Shown: positions 28,322-39,056 of the stretch, one piece after another
How the letters are laid out: each line of letters starts with the position of its first letter
Numbering within the stretch: position 1 is the stretch's first letter
Assembly: GCA_946639585.1 (NCBI GenBank)
Contig: CAMPBS010000004.1
Location: 5,765 to 69,764, forward strand
Origin: an uncultured Clostridium sp.
GTDB lineage: Bacteria; Bacillota; Clostridia; TANB77; CAG-508
Length of the DNA: 64,000 nt
Direction of reading: 5' to 3'
The notes under the pieces: model-generated
Database searches by the model: none
Told to the model about the DNA's origin: nothing
What the model saw: the letters and a program-made list of their open reading frames with translations, nothing else
Made by a program: the position numbers and the translations under genes

Positions 28322-29437
28322 TTACATCAAATTTTCTGGATTTAAGCCCTCTAATTCAGGCAAAACAAATCTACCATCTTTTCTAATTAGCACATCATCA
28401 AAATATATTTCTCCTCCGCCATATTCAGGGGTTTGTATACATACTATGTCCCAATGTATATTTGACCTATTTCCGTTATCACTTTCTTCTAATGCTGTTC
28501 CTGGTGTAAAATGGAAACTTCCTTTTACTTTTTCATCAAATAGTGTATCTCCTATTGGTCTTTCTACATAAGGGTTTAACCCAAAGGCAAATTCTCCTAT
28601 ATATCTTGCACCTTCATCTGTATCTAGTATTTCATTTAATTCTTTTGTTTTATCTCCCGCTTCTGCCTTTACTATTTTCCCATCTTCTAGCTCAAAATTA
28701 ATTTTTTTAAAAGTAATTCCGTTATAAGTTGTTTCAGTGTTATATGTAATATATCCGTTTGCACTATACTTTGTTGGACATGTTGCTACCTCTCCATCTG
28801 GAATATTGAAAGTTCCATAGTATTTTTCTGCTGGTATTCCTTTTACACTAAATGTTAAATCTGTTCCAGGTCCTATAATATGAACTTTATCAGTATTTGA
28901 TAGCAATTGTTTTAATGGCTCCATTGCTTTTTCCATTTTAGAATAATCAATAGTACACACATTATAGAAAAATTCTGTAAATTCTTTTAAACTCATCTTA
29001 GCCATTTGTGCCATTGCTTCGTTTGGATATCTTAAAATACACCATCTTGTATTTTTTACTCTTTCTTCTAAATGCACTGGAGTTTGATATATTTTATTAT
29101 ATATTTCCATACTTTCTTTAGAAATTCCATCTAAGTCTTTTGGATTTGCTGAACGAATTCCGATATAACAATCTGCTTCTTGCATTCTTATTAAGTCATA
29201 TTTTCTATATGCCTCCATCTGTTCAACATTGCAATTCAAAAGCATTTCTTTTAATACTTTATAATCTATAATATTAAATAATGGTATTGCTCCAATTTCT
29301 TTTGCTTGTTTAATTAATTCAACTGCTAAATCTCTACAATCTGTTCCTAACATTTCTATTAGGATTTTTTCTCCTTTTTGTAGTTTTACTGAATGATTTA
29401 GCAAGTTAGATGCTAATCTATATACTTTATTTTCCAT
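28322..29437 (-). CDS. Aminopeptidase, M29 (AmpS/PepS) family
   Basis: About 371 aa with M29-type sequence throughout (..EGARYIGEFAFGLNP.., HWDIV). ATG at 29437 has an AAAGGA RBS, so I prefer it to the TTG at 29452. Confidence 0.85.
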   Translation of the reverse strand: MENKVYRLASNLLNHSVKLQKGEKILIEMLGTDCRDLAVELIKQAKEIGAIPLFNIIDYKVLKEMLLNCNVEQMEAYRKYDLIRMQEADCYIGIRSANPKDLDGISKESMEIYNKIYQTPVHLEERVKNTRWCILRYPNEAMAQMAKMSLKEFTEFFYNVCTIDYSKMEKAMEPLKQLLSNTDKVHIIGPGTDLTFSVKGIPAEKYYGTFNIPDGEVATCPTKYSANGYITYNTETTYNGITFKKINFELEDGKIVKAEAGDKTKELNEILDTDEGARYIGEFAFGLNPYVERPIGDTLFDEKVKGSFHFTPGTALEESDNGNRSNIHWDIVCIQTPEYGGGEIYFDDVLIRKDGRFVLPELEGLNPENLM

Positions 29438-29479
29438 ATTTAGTCCTTTCAATTTATTTTTTATTAATTATTTTTATAT

Positions 29480-29508
29480 TTGACAAAATACATTTATAGT
29501 AATATAAT
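29480..29508 (+). promoter_or_regulatory. Consensus sigma-A promoter on the otherwise non-coding plus strand
   Basis: TTGACA (29480..29485), an exact 17-nt spacer, TATAAT (29503..29508). Confidence 0.65.
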
Positions 29509-29514
29509 ATATGT

Positions 29515-29601
29515 AAAGGAATGAGTGCACAAACAATGTGTGCTACCGTAAACGGTTTTACACCACACAGCTCTGCAAAGCTAAATGTGGTGTATTTTTA
29601 T
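29515..29601 (+). ncRNA. Candidate ~85-nt sRNA
   Basis: Starts after the consensus promoter. Hairpins AGTGCACA/TGTGTGCT and ACCG-TAAA-CGGT. Terminator TACACCACA-loop-TGTGGTGTA followed by TTTTTAT. No ORF and no downstream plus-strand gene. Confidence 0.45.
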
Positions 29602-29688
29602 ATTTGTCTGTCAGTCCAGATTATGTATAAAATACACAATAAGGCGACATTTATGGTTATTGAAATTAATTCTTTTTAAATTAAAAAT

Positions 29689-30144
29689 CTAGTTACCTTT
29701 AAAAAAACTTCTTATTTTATTCCAAAATCTCTTAAATACAGATTCTTTATATTTCACCATTGCAACATTTTCATTTATTGTTTCAGTTTCTTGTATTGCA
29801 TCTAACGTTCTATTTTTGAATAAATTATTGGGATTATATTGTTCTCTTAATTCTTCTTCTTTTTTTCTATCATTATCAGCATAAATTGCAATTAACTCTT
29901 TTCTTTCATTTTCATCTTCACACCAATAATTTAGATTTAGCATTGCTAAAATAGCATAAGTTTTTTTCTGTAAATTTTGCTCATCCAATGGTATTTTGGG
30001 GTTAATATTAGGTGTATATCCTTGTAATTTCTCCTTTTTATACAATTCTCTTAACTTTTTTGGAATTTTTTCAACATAAATATTCGTCATATATGATAAT
30101 ATAATATCAACTTCTGCATACGCTTTCGATAATTCATTTTCCAT
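29689..30144 (-). CDS. Conserved small protein (151 aa), paralog of 23952..24413
   Basis: See 23952..24413. Last gene of the three-gene module 33393..29689. Confidence 0.6.
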   Translation of the reverse strand: MENELSKAYAEVDIILSYMTNIYVEKIPKKLRELYKKEKLQGYTPNINPKIPLDEQNLQKKTYAILAMLNLNYWCEDENERKELIAIYADNDRKKEEELREQYNPNNLFKNRTLDAIQETETINENVAMVKYKESVFKRFWNKIRSFFKGN

Positions 30145-30190
30145 AATAATCTCCTTTTTTATACTATGAAATAATTGACATTAAAATTTC

Positions 30191-32002
30191 TTAGTTACTT
30201 AACTCATTTTCCTTATTTATATCTTGCTCAAACACCATTCTTGTATATTGTGTAGTTTGATTGATTTCTAAAATTCCTATTCCAGCTCTTGCTGTTGCTT
30301 TTCCTATTTGCACAGGACTAAAATTTGCTAAAACAATCTCTAAATCTTCTTCATCCACTCTTATATTATCTTGTTCATAATATATTTTTCTTAATTCTTC
30401 TGGATCAGTTATTCCTGTATCTTTAAAGACTGCTTCTAAATACTCTATGTTATTCTCTCTTCTTCTACTTTCAATTCTTGCTTTTTCTTCATCAGTTAAT
30501 CTATTTACATCTTGTAAAAAAGCTGAAACTCTTTCAGAATTTTCAATCGCTTTTTCATCTAAATCTAAGAATAAAGATAATTGTTTTATATGTGCAAATT
30601 CATTTAATTCTGCTTCAAGTAACCTAAAATCTCTATATTCTTCTTTGTCCAATGTTCCCTCGTTATATCTTTTCTTTATTGTATTATACTCTAATAATTT
30701 TTCATTTGTTTTTTGTGATATATCTTCAAAATAATCTTTAAAATAATTTTTTGTAGCTGTTAAAATAGTTTCATAAGTTTGATCAGAAATTTCACCATCT
30801 GTATTTATTTTCATTTCCCTCATATCAATTTTTATACTACTATTTTCTTCTATGTTAGGTATAACATTCTTTAAATCTATTTTCGTACCTTGTTTTTTAA
30901 ATAATTGAGCATTTAAATCAGCATATATATTTCGTTTAATCTGAAATACTTGTTTTAATTCTTCCATTTGATTTTCTGAGATTACATTATTTTCTATTAA
31001 CCCATATAAAATAGCATACATTTTTGAATCTCTTCGTTTACCACCATTTTTTCTTTCTTCTTCTTCATCTAATCGTCTTTGTTCTTCTTTTGCTTTTTCT
31101 TTTTCAATTCTAACTTTTTCCTCTTTAGCTTTTTGTATTTGTCTTTTTCTTTCACTTTCTATCTCTTCATGCTTTACATGTTCAGCAACACTTGTTTCCA
31201 ACCTTTCAATTTCTTCTAATGCTATTTCTTCGACCGCTCCAATTTCTTTATATACCTTCTGTAGTATTTCTTTTTCTTCTAGCACCTGATTAAAAACATC
31301 TATATTAATACCTTGTTCTACAATAGCATTTTTATATTTTTCCATAATAACACTTAATCTTTTATCAACAGCTTGTTGTATTTCTGGATAACATTTATTA
31401 TATGTATTTAAATTAATTATAACAGCAAGTTGTTCATAAACTGTTGTTTGAATATCTGCTGTTTGATTTGATAAACCTAAATCTATAAAAGTTATATTTT
31501 TCCCTTTTTCATAAATAAAATTGCCAGGTTTTGATGGGTCAATTCGTATACCGGGTTTTTGAATTTCCATCCAGCCTCTTACAAAGTTCTTAAAAAAATC
31601 TTGTCCTTCTTGTGCTATTGAATCCATTTGTTTTAAATAATCTATTTGATATTTTTTTCCTTCTTCATTCCAATTTGTTCTATCTAATAGTGGTTCGCCT
31701 ATTGCTCTTTGTTGTAATACATATCCTTCTGAAATAAGCACATTTTTACCTGTATCCCATCCTTCAACATTTTGTTCTATTATCTCATAGTCCAATGTTT
31801 TGGCCACATTAACTCCATTCTTTTCAAGTTCTTTACCTATAATAATTATTTTTTCTATTTCATCCGTAGTAAATTTTTGCCTTAACAACGCATAATTATC
31901 AATTAAATAGCATTTTTTATTACCACCATGTGCATTAGATTCTTGTTGTTGTGCAATTTGTATAATATTTTCTATCAATCGTTCACTCATAGTATTTCTC
32001 AC
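30191..32002 (-). CDS. 603-aa protein with N-terminal protein-kinase-like domain, Glu/Lys/Arg coiled coil and C-terminal helical domain
   Basis: Kinase-like landmarks are GGNKKCYLI (Gly-rich), QQRAIGEPL (hinge-like), IRIDPSKPGNFIY (catalytic-loop-like D...N) and ITFIDLG (DFG-like). Residues ~270-320 are EEIESERKRQIQKAKEEKVRIEKEKAKEEQRRLDEEEERK. Confidence 0.5.
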   Translation of the reverse strand: MRNTMSERLIENIIQIAQQQESNAHGGNKKCYLIDNYALLRQKFTTDEIEKIIIIGKELEKNGVNVAKTLDYEIIEQNVEGWDTGKNVLISEGYVLQQRAIGEPLLDRTNWNEEGKKYQIDYLKQMDSIAQEGQDFFKNFVRGWMEIQKPGIRIDPSKPGNFIYEKGKNITFIDLGLSNQTADIQTTVYEQLAVIINLNTYNKCYPEIQQAVDKRLSVIMEKYKNAIVEQGINIDVFNQVLEEKEILQKVYKEIGAVEEIALEEIERLETSVAEHVKHEEIESERKRQIQKAKEEKVRIEKEKAKEEQRRLDEEEERKNGGKRRDSKMYAILYGLIENNVISENQMEELKQVFQIKRNIYADLNAQLFKKQGTKIDLKNVIPNIEENSSIKIDMREMKINTDGEISDQTYETILTATKNYFKDYFEDISQKTNEKLLEYNTIKKRYNEGTLDKEEYRDFRLLEAELNEFAHIKQLSLFLDLDEKAIENSERVSAFLQDVNRLTDEEKARIESRRRENNIEYLEAVFKDTGITDPEELRKIYYEQDNIRVDEEDLEIVLANFSPVQIGKATARAGIGILEINQTTQYTRMVFEQDINKENELSN

Positions 32003-32022
32003 CTTTTTATTATTAATATATT

Positions 32023-33393
32023 TTATCTACCTTTATCGTTTGTTTGTTGCTTTTGTTCCATTTTTCTTTTCATCTCCTCTATTTTTTGTGGATTTGACAT
32101 TCTTTGAATAGGTGGCAAATCTCTATATTGTCCGAAATTAGTTAGTGAATTTAAGAAGTCTTCTCTTTTTTTATTTGTTGGTGTAACTGAAATCCCAACA
32201 TTTTCTCTAGTTTCAGTGTGTTCTGGTAATATATCCATTTGTTTATGTACAAATTTTTCTACAAAAGATAAATTCAAAAATAAATTATTTTTTTGTAAAA
32301 ATCTTGCTACTTTTTGTTTTAGTGATAACTTATTTATATTCTGTTCTAGATTTATTTGAGATTCAACTATTGGCTCACCTATCATTTGCTTTAGCATTTT
32401 CAATTTGTTTCCTATATCTGGTAAATCTATATTCCCATTTCTTGATATTGTTTCTCTGTATTTATCTTGATATCTTGCATTTGCAAATTCTTGTATAAGA
32501 CCTTGTGCATTTTTAAATATTAATTCAAATTTATCATTACTTAAATTTGTATCATATAATTGCTCAAAAGCATTGTTTAAATCTCTCCACGCTCCTTTGC
32601 CTAAATACTTATCAAATTCATTTTCAACTAAACTAGAGTCATTTAAAATACCATAAAAAAATGTATTGGCCGACTCTTGTGTTCCATCTTTATGAGTAAT
32701 CATTGAATCAATTTTTTGCTCAATTAATTCTTCAAATGTAATTTCTTCTTCAAAATCATTTCTCATTGAAACAGCAAGTAATTTTACTAAATCATCACAT
32801 TTTTTATAAGAATTATATTCAGATAAATCTACTTTACCTGAAACAATATCATCAGCACTTATATTTCCTCTAATGGCTAGTTGAGCAATTAAATTGATTG
32901 CATTTTCTTGTATTTGCTCTCCATAAAATTGTCCTGTTTGTTCATCTCTTCTTATTAATCCTGAAACATGTCTAGAATTTGATTCTCTATCATATACTTG
33001 CCTTTGTGGATCAGCAACATTCAACATTAAATGTCCCATTTCATGAGCTAGTCTAAAATTAGCATCATGACCATCTATTTCTGGATACCTATATGCTAAT
33101 TCATAATAAAATCCATTTTCTTTCGTCGTTTTCCTTACTCTAACTTCTCCTTTAGCTATAAAATCCTCATCATATATAGCAGATTCTAAATCATTAAATT
33201 GTATATTTAACCTTTCCTCTGATGTATTAGTATTAAAATTCTCCAAAGCTTGTCCGTTTTGAGTTAATAAATTTGACATCAACTCTTTTATATTATCAAA
33301 TCTTTGTAATTCCTGACTTATTATTTTTCTAGCTTCTTGCTCATTTCTAGCATATACTACGAATTGACCTTCTCCGAAATTATATTTACTCAT
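32023..33393 (-). CDS. 456-aa cytoplasmic HExxH (HEMGH) metallopeptidase-like protein
   Basis: LAHEMGHLML, then QIQENAINL ~45 residues later (gluzincin-like spacing). No signal peptide. First gene of the module. Confidence 0.55.
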   Translation of the reverse strand: MSKYNFGEGQFVVYARNEQEARKIISQELQRFDNIKELMSNLLTQNGQALENFNTNTSEERLNIQFNDLESAIYDEDFIAKGEVRVRKTTKENGFYYELAYRYPEIDGHDANFRLAHEMGHLMLNVADPQRQVYDRESNSRHVSGLIRRDEQTGQFYGEQIQENAINLIAQLAIRGNISADDIVSGKVDLSEYNSYKKCDDLVKLLAVSMRNDFEEEITFEELIEQKIDSMITHKDGTQESANTFFYGILNDSSLVENEFDKYLGKGAWRDLNNAFEQLYDTNLSNDKFELIFKNAQGLIQEFANARYQDKYRETISRNGNIDLPDIGNKLKMLKQMIGEPIVESQINLEQNINKLSLKQKVARFLQKNNLFLNLSFVEKFVHKQMDILPEHTETRENVGISVTPTNKKREDFLNSLTNFGQYRDLPPIQRMSNPQKIEEMKRKMEQKQQTNDKGR

Positions 33394-33520
33394 TTGTTAA
33401 CCTCTTTCGTACATTTATACAACATAATTCTATCATAAAGAGCATTATTTGTGGGGATTGTTACAAAAATAACAAAAATGTAATGATATTGTATTATTGC
33501 TGTAATATTGCATAAAACTC

Positions 33521-33551
33521 AAAAAGGAGAAGTATCAACTTCTCCTTTTTT
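33521..33551 (-). terminator. Rho-independent terminator after the Nudix gene
   Basis: AAAAAGGAGAAG-loop-CTTCTCCTTTTTT, with T/A runs on both sides. Confidence 0.6.
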
Positions 33552-33554
33552 ATA

Positions 33555-34055
33555 TTATTCCTCCTTATTTTTTAACCATTCCAATAATATTTCAAATTCT
33601 TCATAATGATTGTCAAAGAATTTATCTTCTTTCATCAGCTGTTTTATTTCTTGTTCTGTAAGCCAACATACGCTATCTACTTCTTCTTTTTGAAGTTTTA
33701 ATTGTTCAATATTTGGTACATCCATTTTTATATAATAATCATCCCAGAATGCAAATCCTGTTTTACCACTATAATATAATTGTAAATCTTCTGCTTTTAC
33801 ATCTAATCCAATTTCTTCTTTTATTTCTGTCAGAATCCCTTGAATACTGCTTTCCCCTGTTTTGCAATGTCCTCCAGTTGTTGCATATTTTCCATTTTTT
33901 ATTTCACTTCTTTTTTGAATTAAAAATTCTCCTTTTGAATTTTGTATAAAAACTAATACTACTATTATGTATCTTCCTTCTGGAATTGCTTCGCCTTTAT
34001 AAATTGTTTCTCCTGTTAATTGTCTATTTTCATCATATAAATCTCTTTTTTCCAT
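33555..34055 (-). CDS. Nudix hydrolase
   Basis: Nudix box GGHCKTGESSIQGILTEIKEEIGL. 166 aa. Confidence 0.85.
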   Translation of the reverse strand: MEKRDLYDENRQLTGETIYKGEAIPEGRYIIVVLVFIQNSKGEFLIQKRSEIKNGKYATTGGHCKTGESSIQGILTEIKEEIGLDVKAEDLQLYYSGKTGFAFWDDYYIKMDVPNIEQLKLQKEEVDSVCWLTEQEIKQLMKEDKFFDNHYEEFEILLEWLKNKEE

Positions 34056-34168
34056 TTTGAATTCCCTCTCATATTTAATATTATTAATAAAATTATATTA
34101 TAAAAATTATTAGTATTCAATTAGTATATAATTTATGCTATCATCAATTATTTTTTTATTTGCCAAAA

Positions 34169-35176
34169 TCAAGTTTTATTTTCTGCTAAATATTTTTTAT
34201 ACATTTCATCCATAGAAGAAATATATTCTTTATCTTGCTTCACTCTGAATTTTTCATACTCTTTATTTGCTTTATCAATAGCTTGTTTATGGGAAACACT
34301 TCCAGCATCTATAAGCAAATCTTTTTTCCTAAATTTTATTAAATCATCTGTTGCATCAATCCATTTTTGCATAGTCATTATATTATGTTCATTCGCCATA
34401 TCTTCTGCATAATCTAAAAACAATGTTGTAAGACTTTCTAGCTTTTTTATTTCTTCTTCATTAAGATAATTCTTCGCAATACTTATATCATACTTCATTA
34501 TCTTTCCATTTGGGGAATTTTTCCAATTTGTAAGTCCCATATGTAATTTATTAGAATCAACTCTTTCATAGATTAATTCAGCTGCAGTATGGTTTGTAAT
34601 AGCATAGTGCAATTTATTTTGTACAATTTTAAAAAATGTATATGCTTCTTCTGAATCTTTATTATAATCAACACTAGTTGTTTCAAAAAGGTCAGTAATT
34701 TTTTGATATAATCTTCTTTCACTTAGTCGTATTTCCTTAATTGTTTCTAGCAATTCATCATAATAATCTTTGCCAAATTTTGGACCGTTTTTCATTCTTT
34801 CAACATCAATCTTAAAACCTTTAATAATATAATCTTTTAATACATTAGTCGCCCAAATTCTAAATTTAGTAGCTTTTTTTGAGTTGACGCGATATCCAAC
34901 TGCAATTATTGCATCAAGATTGTAAAATTCTATATTCCTTTTTATATTTCTATTACCTTCTTTTTGAACTATTTCCATTTTGGAAATAGTTGAATTCTTT
35001 TTAAGTTCTCCTTCTTCATAAATATTATTTAAATGCTTACTAATAGCAGGAACATTTACATCAAATAACTCTCCCATACTTTTTTGCGTAAGCCAAATTG
35101 TTTCATCTTTTAAAATAACATCAACATTTACTTTTCCATCTTCTGTTTCATACAAAATAATATTACTTTCGTTCAT
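34169..35176 (-). CDS. RhuM-family virulence-associated / DNA-binding protein
   Basis: MNESNIILYETEDGKVNVDV..TIWLTQKSMGELF..NLDAIIAVGYRVNSKKATKFRIWAT is characteristic of the RhuM family. Start set at ATG 35176, which has an AGGAGG RBS. Confidence 0.8.
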   Translation of the reverse strand: MNESNIILYETEDGKVNVDVILKDETIWLTQKSMGELFDVNVPAISKHLNNIYEEGELKKNSTISKMEIVQKEGNRNIKRNIEFYNLDAIIAVGYRVNSKKATKFRIWATNVLKDYIIKGFKIDVERMKNGPKFGKDYYDELLETIKEIRLSERRLYQKITDLFETTSVDYNKDSEEAYTFFKIVQNKLHYAITNHTAAELIYERVDSNKLHMGLTNWKNSPNGKIMKYDISIAKNYLNEEEIKKLESLTTLFLDYAEDMANEHNIMTMQKWIDATDDLIKFRKKDLLIDAGSVSHKQAIDKANKEYEKFRVKQDKEYISSMDEMYKKYLAENKT

Positions 35177-35416
35177 TTTGAAACCTCCTAATATATTATT
35201 AATTCTATACATGGGAATTGTTTTGAAAATTTTATTCAAACTTATATTCGTATATTATCATACTATTATTACTCTGTCAATTGTTTTTTATTTTTATTTA
35301 ACTATTAGAAAGTGTCGCAAAAAAAGATTTCATACCTTTTTTATTTTATAAAAAATAGCTAGGAAAGAATTTACTTTCCTAGCCCAAAAGTTATAAATCC
35401 TTTTAAACTCTAAATA

Positions 35417-35671
35417 TTATTGGACAAAATCTCCCGTTACTACCTTAAACTCGATATCTTCCATATGCGGATGCATTTCACGTATTCTTTTTAGTGTTAG
35501 CATACTCATTTTAGGTTGTGGGTTTTTGTCATTTGTTGATAATAGTTTTTGTGTGTAGCAATTTGGGGCTGTTTTAAATAATAAGTATCTGTTTCTTACA
35601 TAAGTGTAATATATTTGATATCCATTATTTAAATCTTCCCACATCATTTCAAATGTATATTCTTTCATCAT
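35417..35671 (-). CDS. Hypothetical 84-aa protein
   Basis: The ORF has an AGGAGG RBS before MMKEY. No family recognised. Confidence 0.4.
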   Translation of the reverse strand: MMKEYTFEMMWEDLNNGYQIYYTYVRNRYLLFKTAPNCYTQKLLSTNDKNPQPKMSMLTLKRIREMHPHMEDIEFKVVTGDFVQ

Positions 35672-35719
35672 TTTCCTCCTAAAGGTTGCCAAAAAGGTCT
35701 GTCCATTTTGGCAACTTTT

Positions 35720-37726
<2,007 letters not shown>

Positions 37727-37777
37727 TCATTCCTTATCTTCAATTTTTCTTTTCTTATTATATACAAATAAAGCAAA

Positions 37778-37810
37778 AAAGAAAAGGAATTTTTGAAATT
37801 TCCTTTTCTT
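37778..37810 (-). terminator. Rho-independent terminator after the second sortase gene
   Basis: Minus strand GAAAAGGAAATTT-loop-AATTCCTTTTC followed by TTTTTTGC. Confidence 0.6.
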
Positions 37811-37821
37811 TTATATAAAAA

Positions 37822-37861
37822 ACATAAGATATATTATTTTTGCAAACGCTGTGGGGACCGA
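37822..37861. repeat. Truncated family B element (left arm plus 5' core only)
   Basis: AACATAAGATATATTATTTTTGCAAACGCTGTGGGGACCGA aligns with the left arm and first 18 nt of the core of 54380..54517. Ends 2 nt before the sortase stop codon. Confidence 0.5.
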
Positions 37862-37863
37862 TT

Positions 37864-38565
37864 TTAATCTTCTTTCGCCAATACTATAAATCTTCCTGAG
37901 CTATCATCTGTACATGTTGATAAAGTTACTTCTGCTTTACCATTTGTATCTCTTTGATAGAATGATGTGTCATCCGGTGTTGTTACAAAGTGATGATATA
38001 CTGTATATGTTTTTTTCTTTCCTTCATAATCTGTAATATAGATTTTATCTCCATTTCCAACTTTCTTTAAGTTTGAAAAGAATTGTCCGTTTCTATAGTT
38101 ATGACCTATTATTACTGTATTTCCAACTTGGTTAAGCCCTGCACCATAAAGTATTGCAACTGAATTTTCTATTGAGCTTTTTGATACTTTATCTAATACT
38201 GGATATTTAAAATTTATTTTTGGTATTTCCATTGTTCCATTTACAATAAAACCATTGTATGTCTTTTTCTTTGATTTTACTGTACCAGTTGAAGATGATG
38301 ATGATGATTCGTCAATCTTTAAATCATCTAATTTAATATTTGATGTATCATCATCTGTTGGTTTATCTGAAATTGGTAGATTATCTCCACTATCATCTGT
38401 TAAACCCATATCTCCTCCAAAATCGTTTACAAATGTTTCCGCTTCTTGTGTGTTATTGTTATTTGAAACAAACTGGAATACTAAAAATCCTATTAATCCT
38501 ATTATTCCTATAACAACTATTACTAAAATTACTGTTAAAAGTTTGTTATATTTACTCTCAAACAT
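37864..38565 (-). CDS. Sortase (TLSTC active site), membrane anchored
   Basis: N-terminal TM segment, Ser/Asp-rich linker, IIGHNYRNG His motif, TLSTC Cys and a downstream GRF. No substrate gene adjacent. Confidence 0.8.
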   Translation of the reverse strand: MFESKYNKLLTVILVIVVIGIIGLIGFLVFQFVSNNNNTQEAETFVNDFGGDMGLTDDSGDNLPISDKPTDDDTSNIKLDDLKIDESSSSSSTGTVKSKKKTYNGFIVNGTMEIPKINFKYPVLDKVSKSSIENSVAILYGAGLNQVGNTVIIGHNYRNGQFFSNLKKVGNGDKIYITDYEGKKKTYTVYHHFVTTPDDTSFYQRDTNGKAEVTLSTCTDDSSGRFIVLAKED

Positions 38566-38702
38566 AATTTTATCCTCCTCTATCTTTTGCAGAACACTTA
38601 ATTATTATCATTCTAGCGTCGCGAATCCCTTAGATTTATGGAATTCATAAGTGTCTCCACTACTATTATTATAACATATTTTTATGTATTTTCATAGTGT
38701 TT

Positions 38703-39047
38703 TTAAACAAATTTTTTGCATAAATCTTCTCCAGCCAAAACATGATAATGTAAGTGCATTACTTCTTGTCCACCATCTTTACCGCAGTTTACTACAACTT
38801 TAAATCCTTTTTCTTTGAATCCCATTTCTTCTGCTAATTTGTTTATTACACTATAAATTTTTCCAACTAATACTTCGTCTTCTTTTTCTAGATGTGCAAC
38901 TGATGGTATGTGTTTTTTTGGTATTACCAAAATATGAATTGGTGCTACTGGATTGATATTATCAAAAGCAAGTATTTCATCATCTTCATAGAATTTTTTT
39001 GCTGGGATTTCTCCTTTAATTATTTTACAAAATATACAATCGTCCAT
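38703..39047 (-). CDS. HIT-family nucleotide hydrolase/transferase
   Basis: 114 aa with histidine triad HLHYHVL and N-terminal CIFCKI. Confidence 0.9.
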   Translation of the reverse strand: MDDCIFCKIIKGEIPAKKFYEDDEILAFDNINPVAPIHILVIPKKHIPSVAHLEKEDEVLVGKIYSVINKLAEEMGFKEKGFKVVVNCGKDGGQEVMHLHYHVLAGEDLCKKFV

Positions 39048-39056
39048 CTTTACCTC

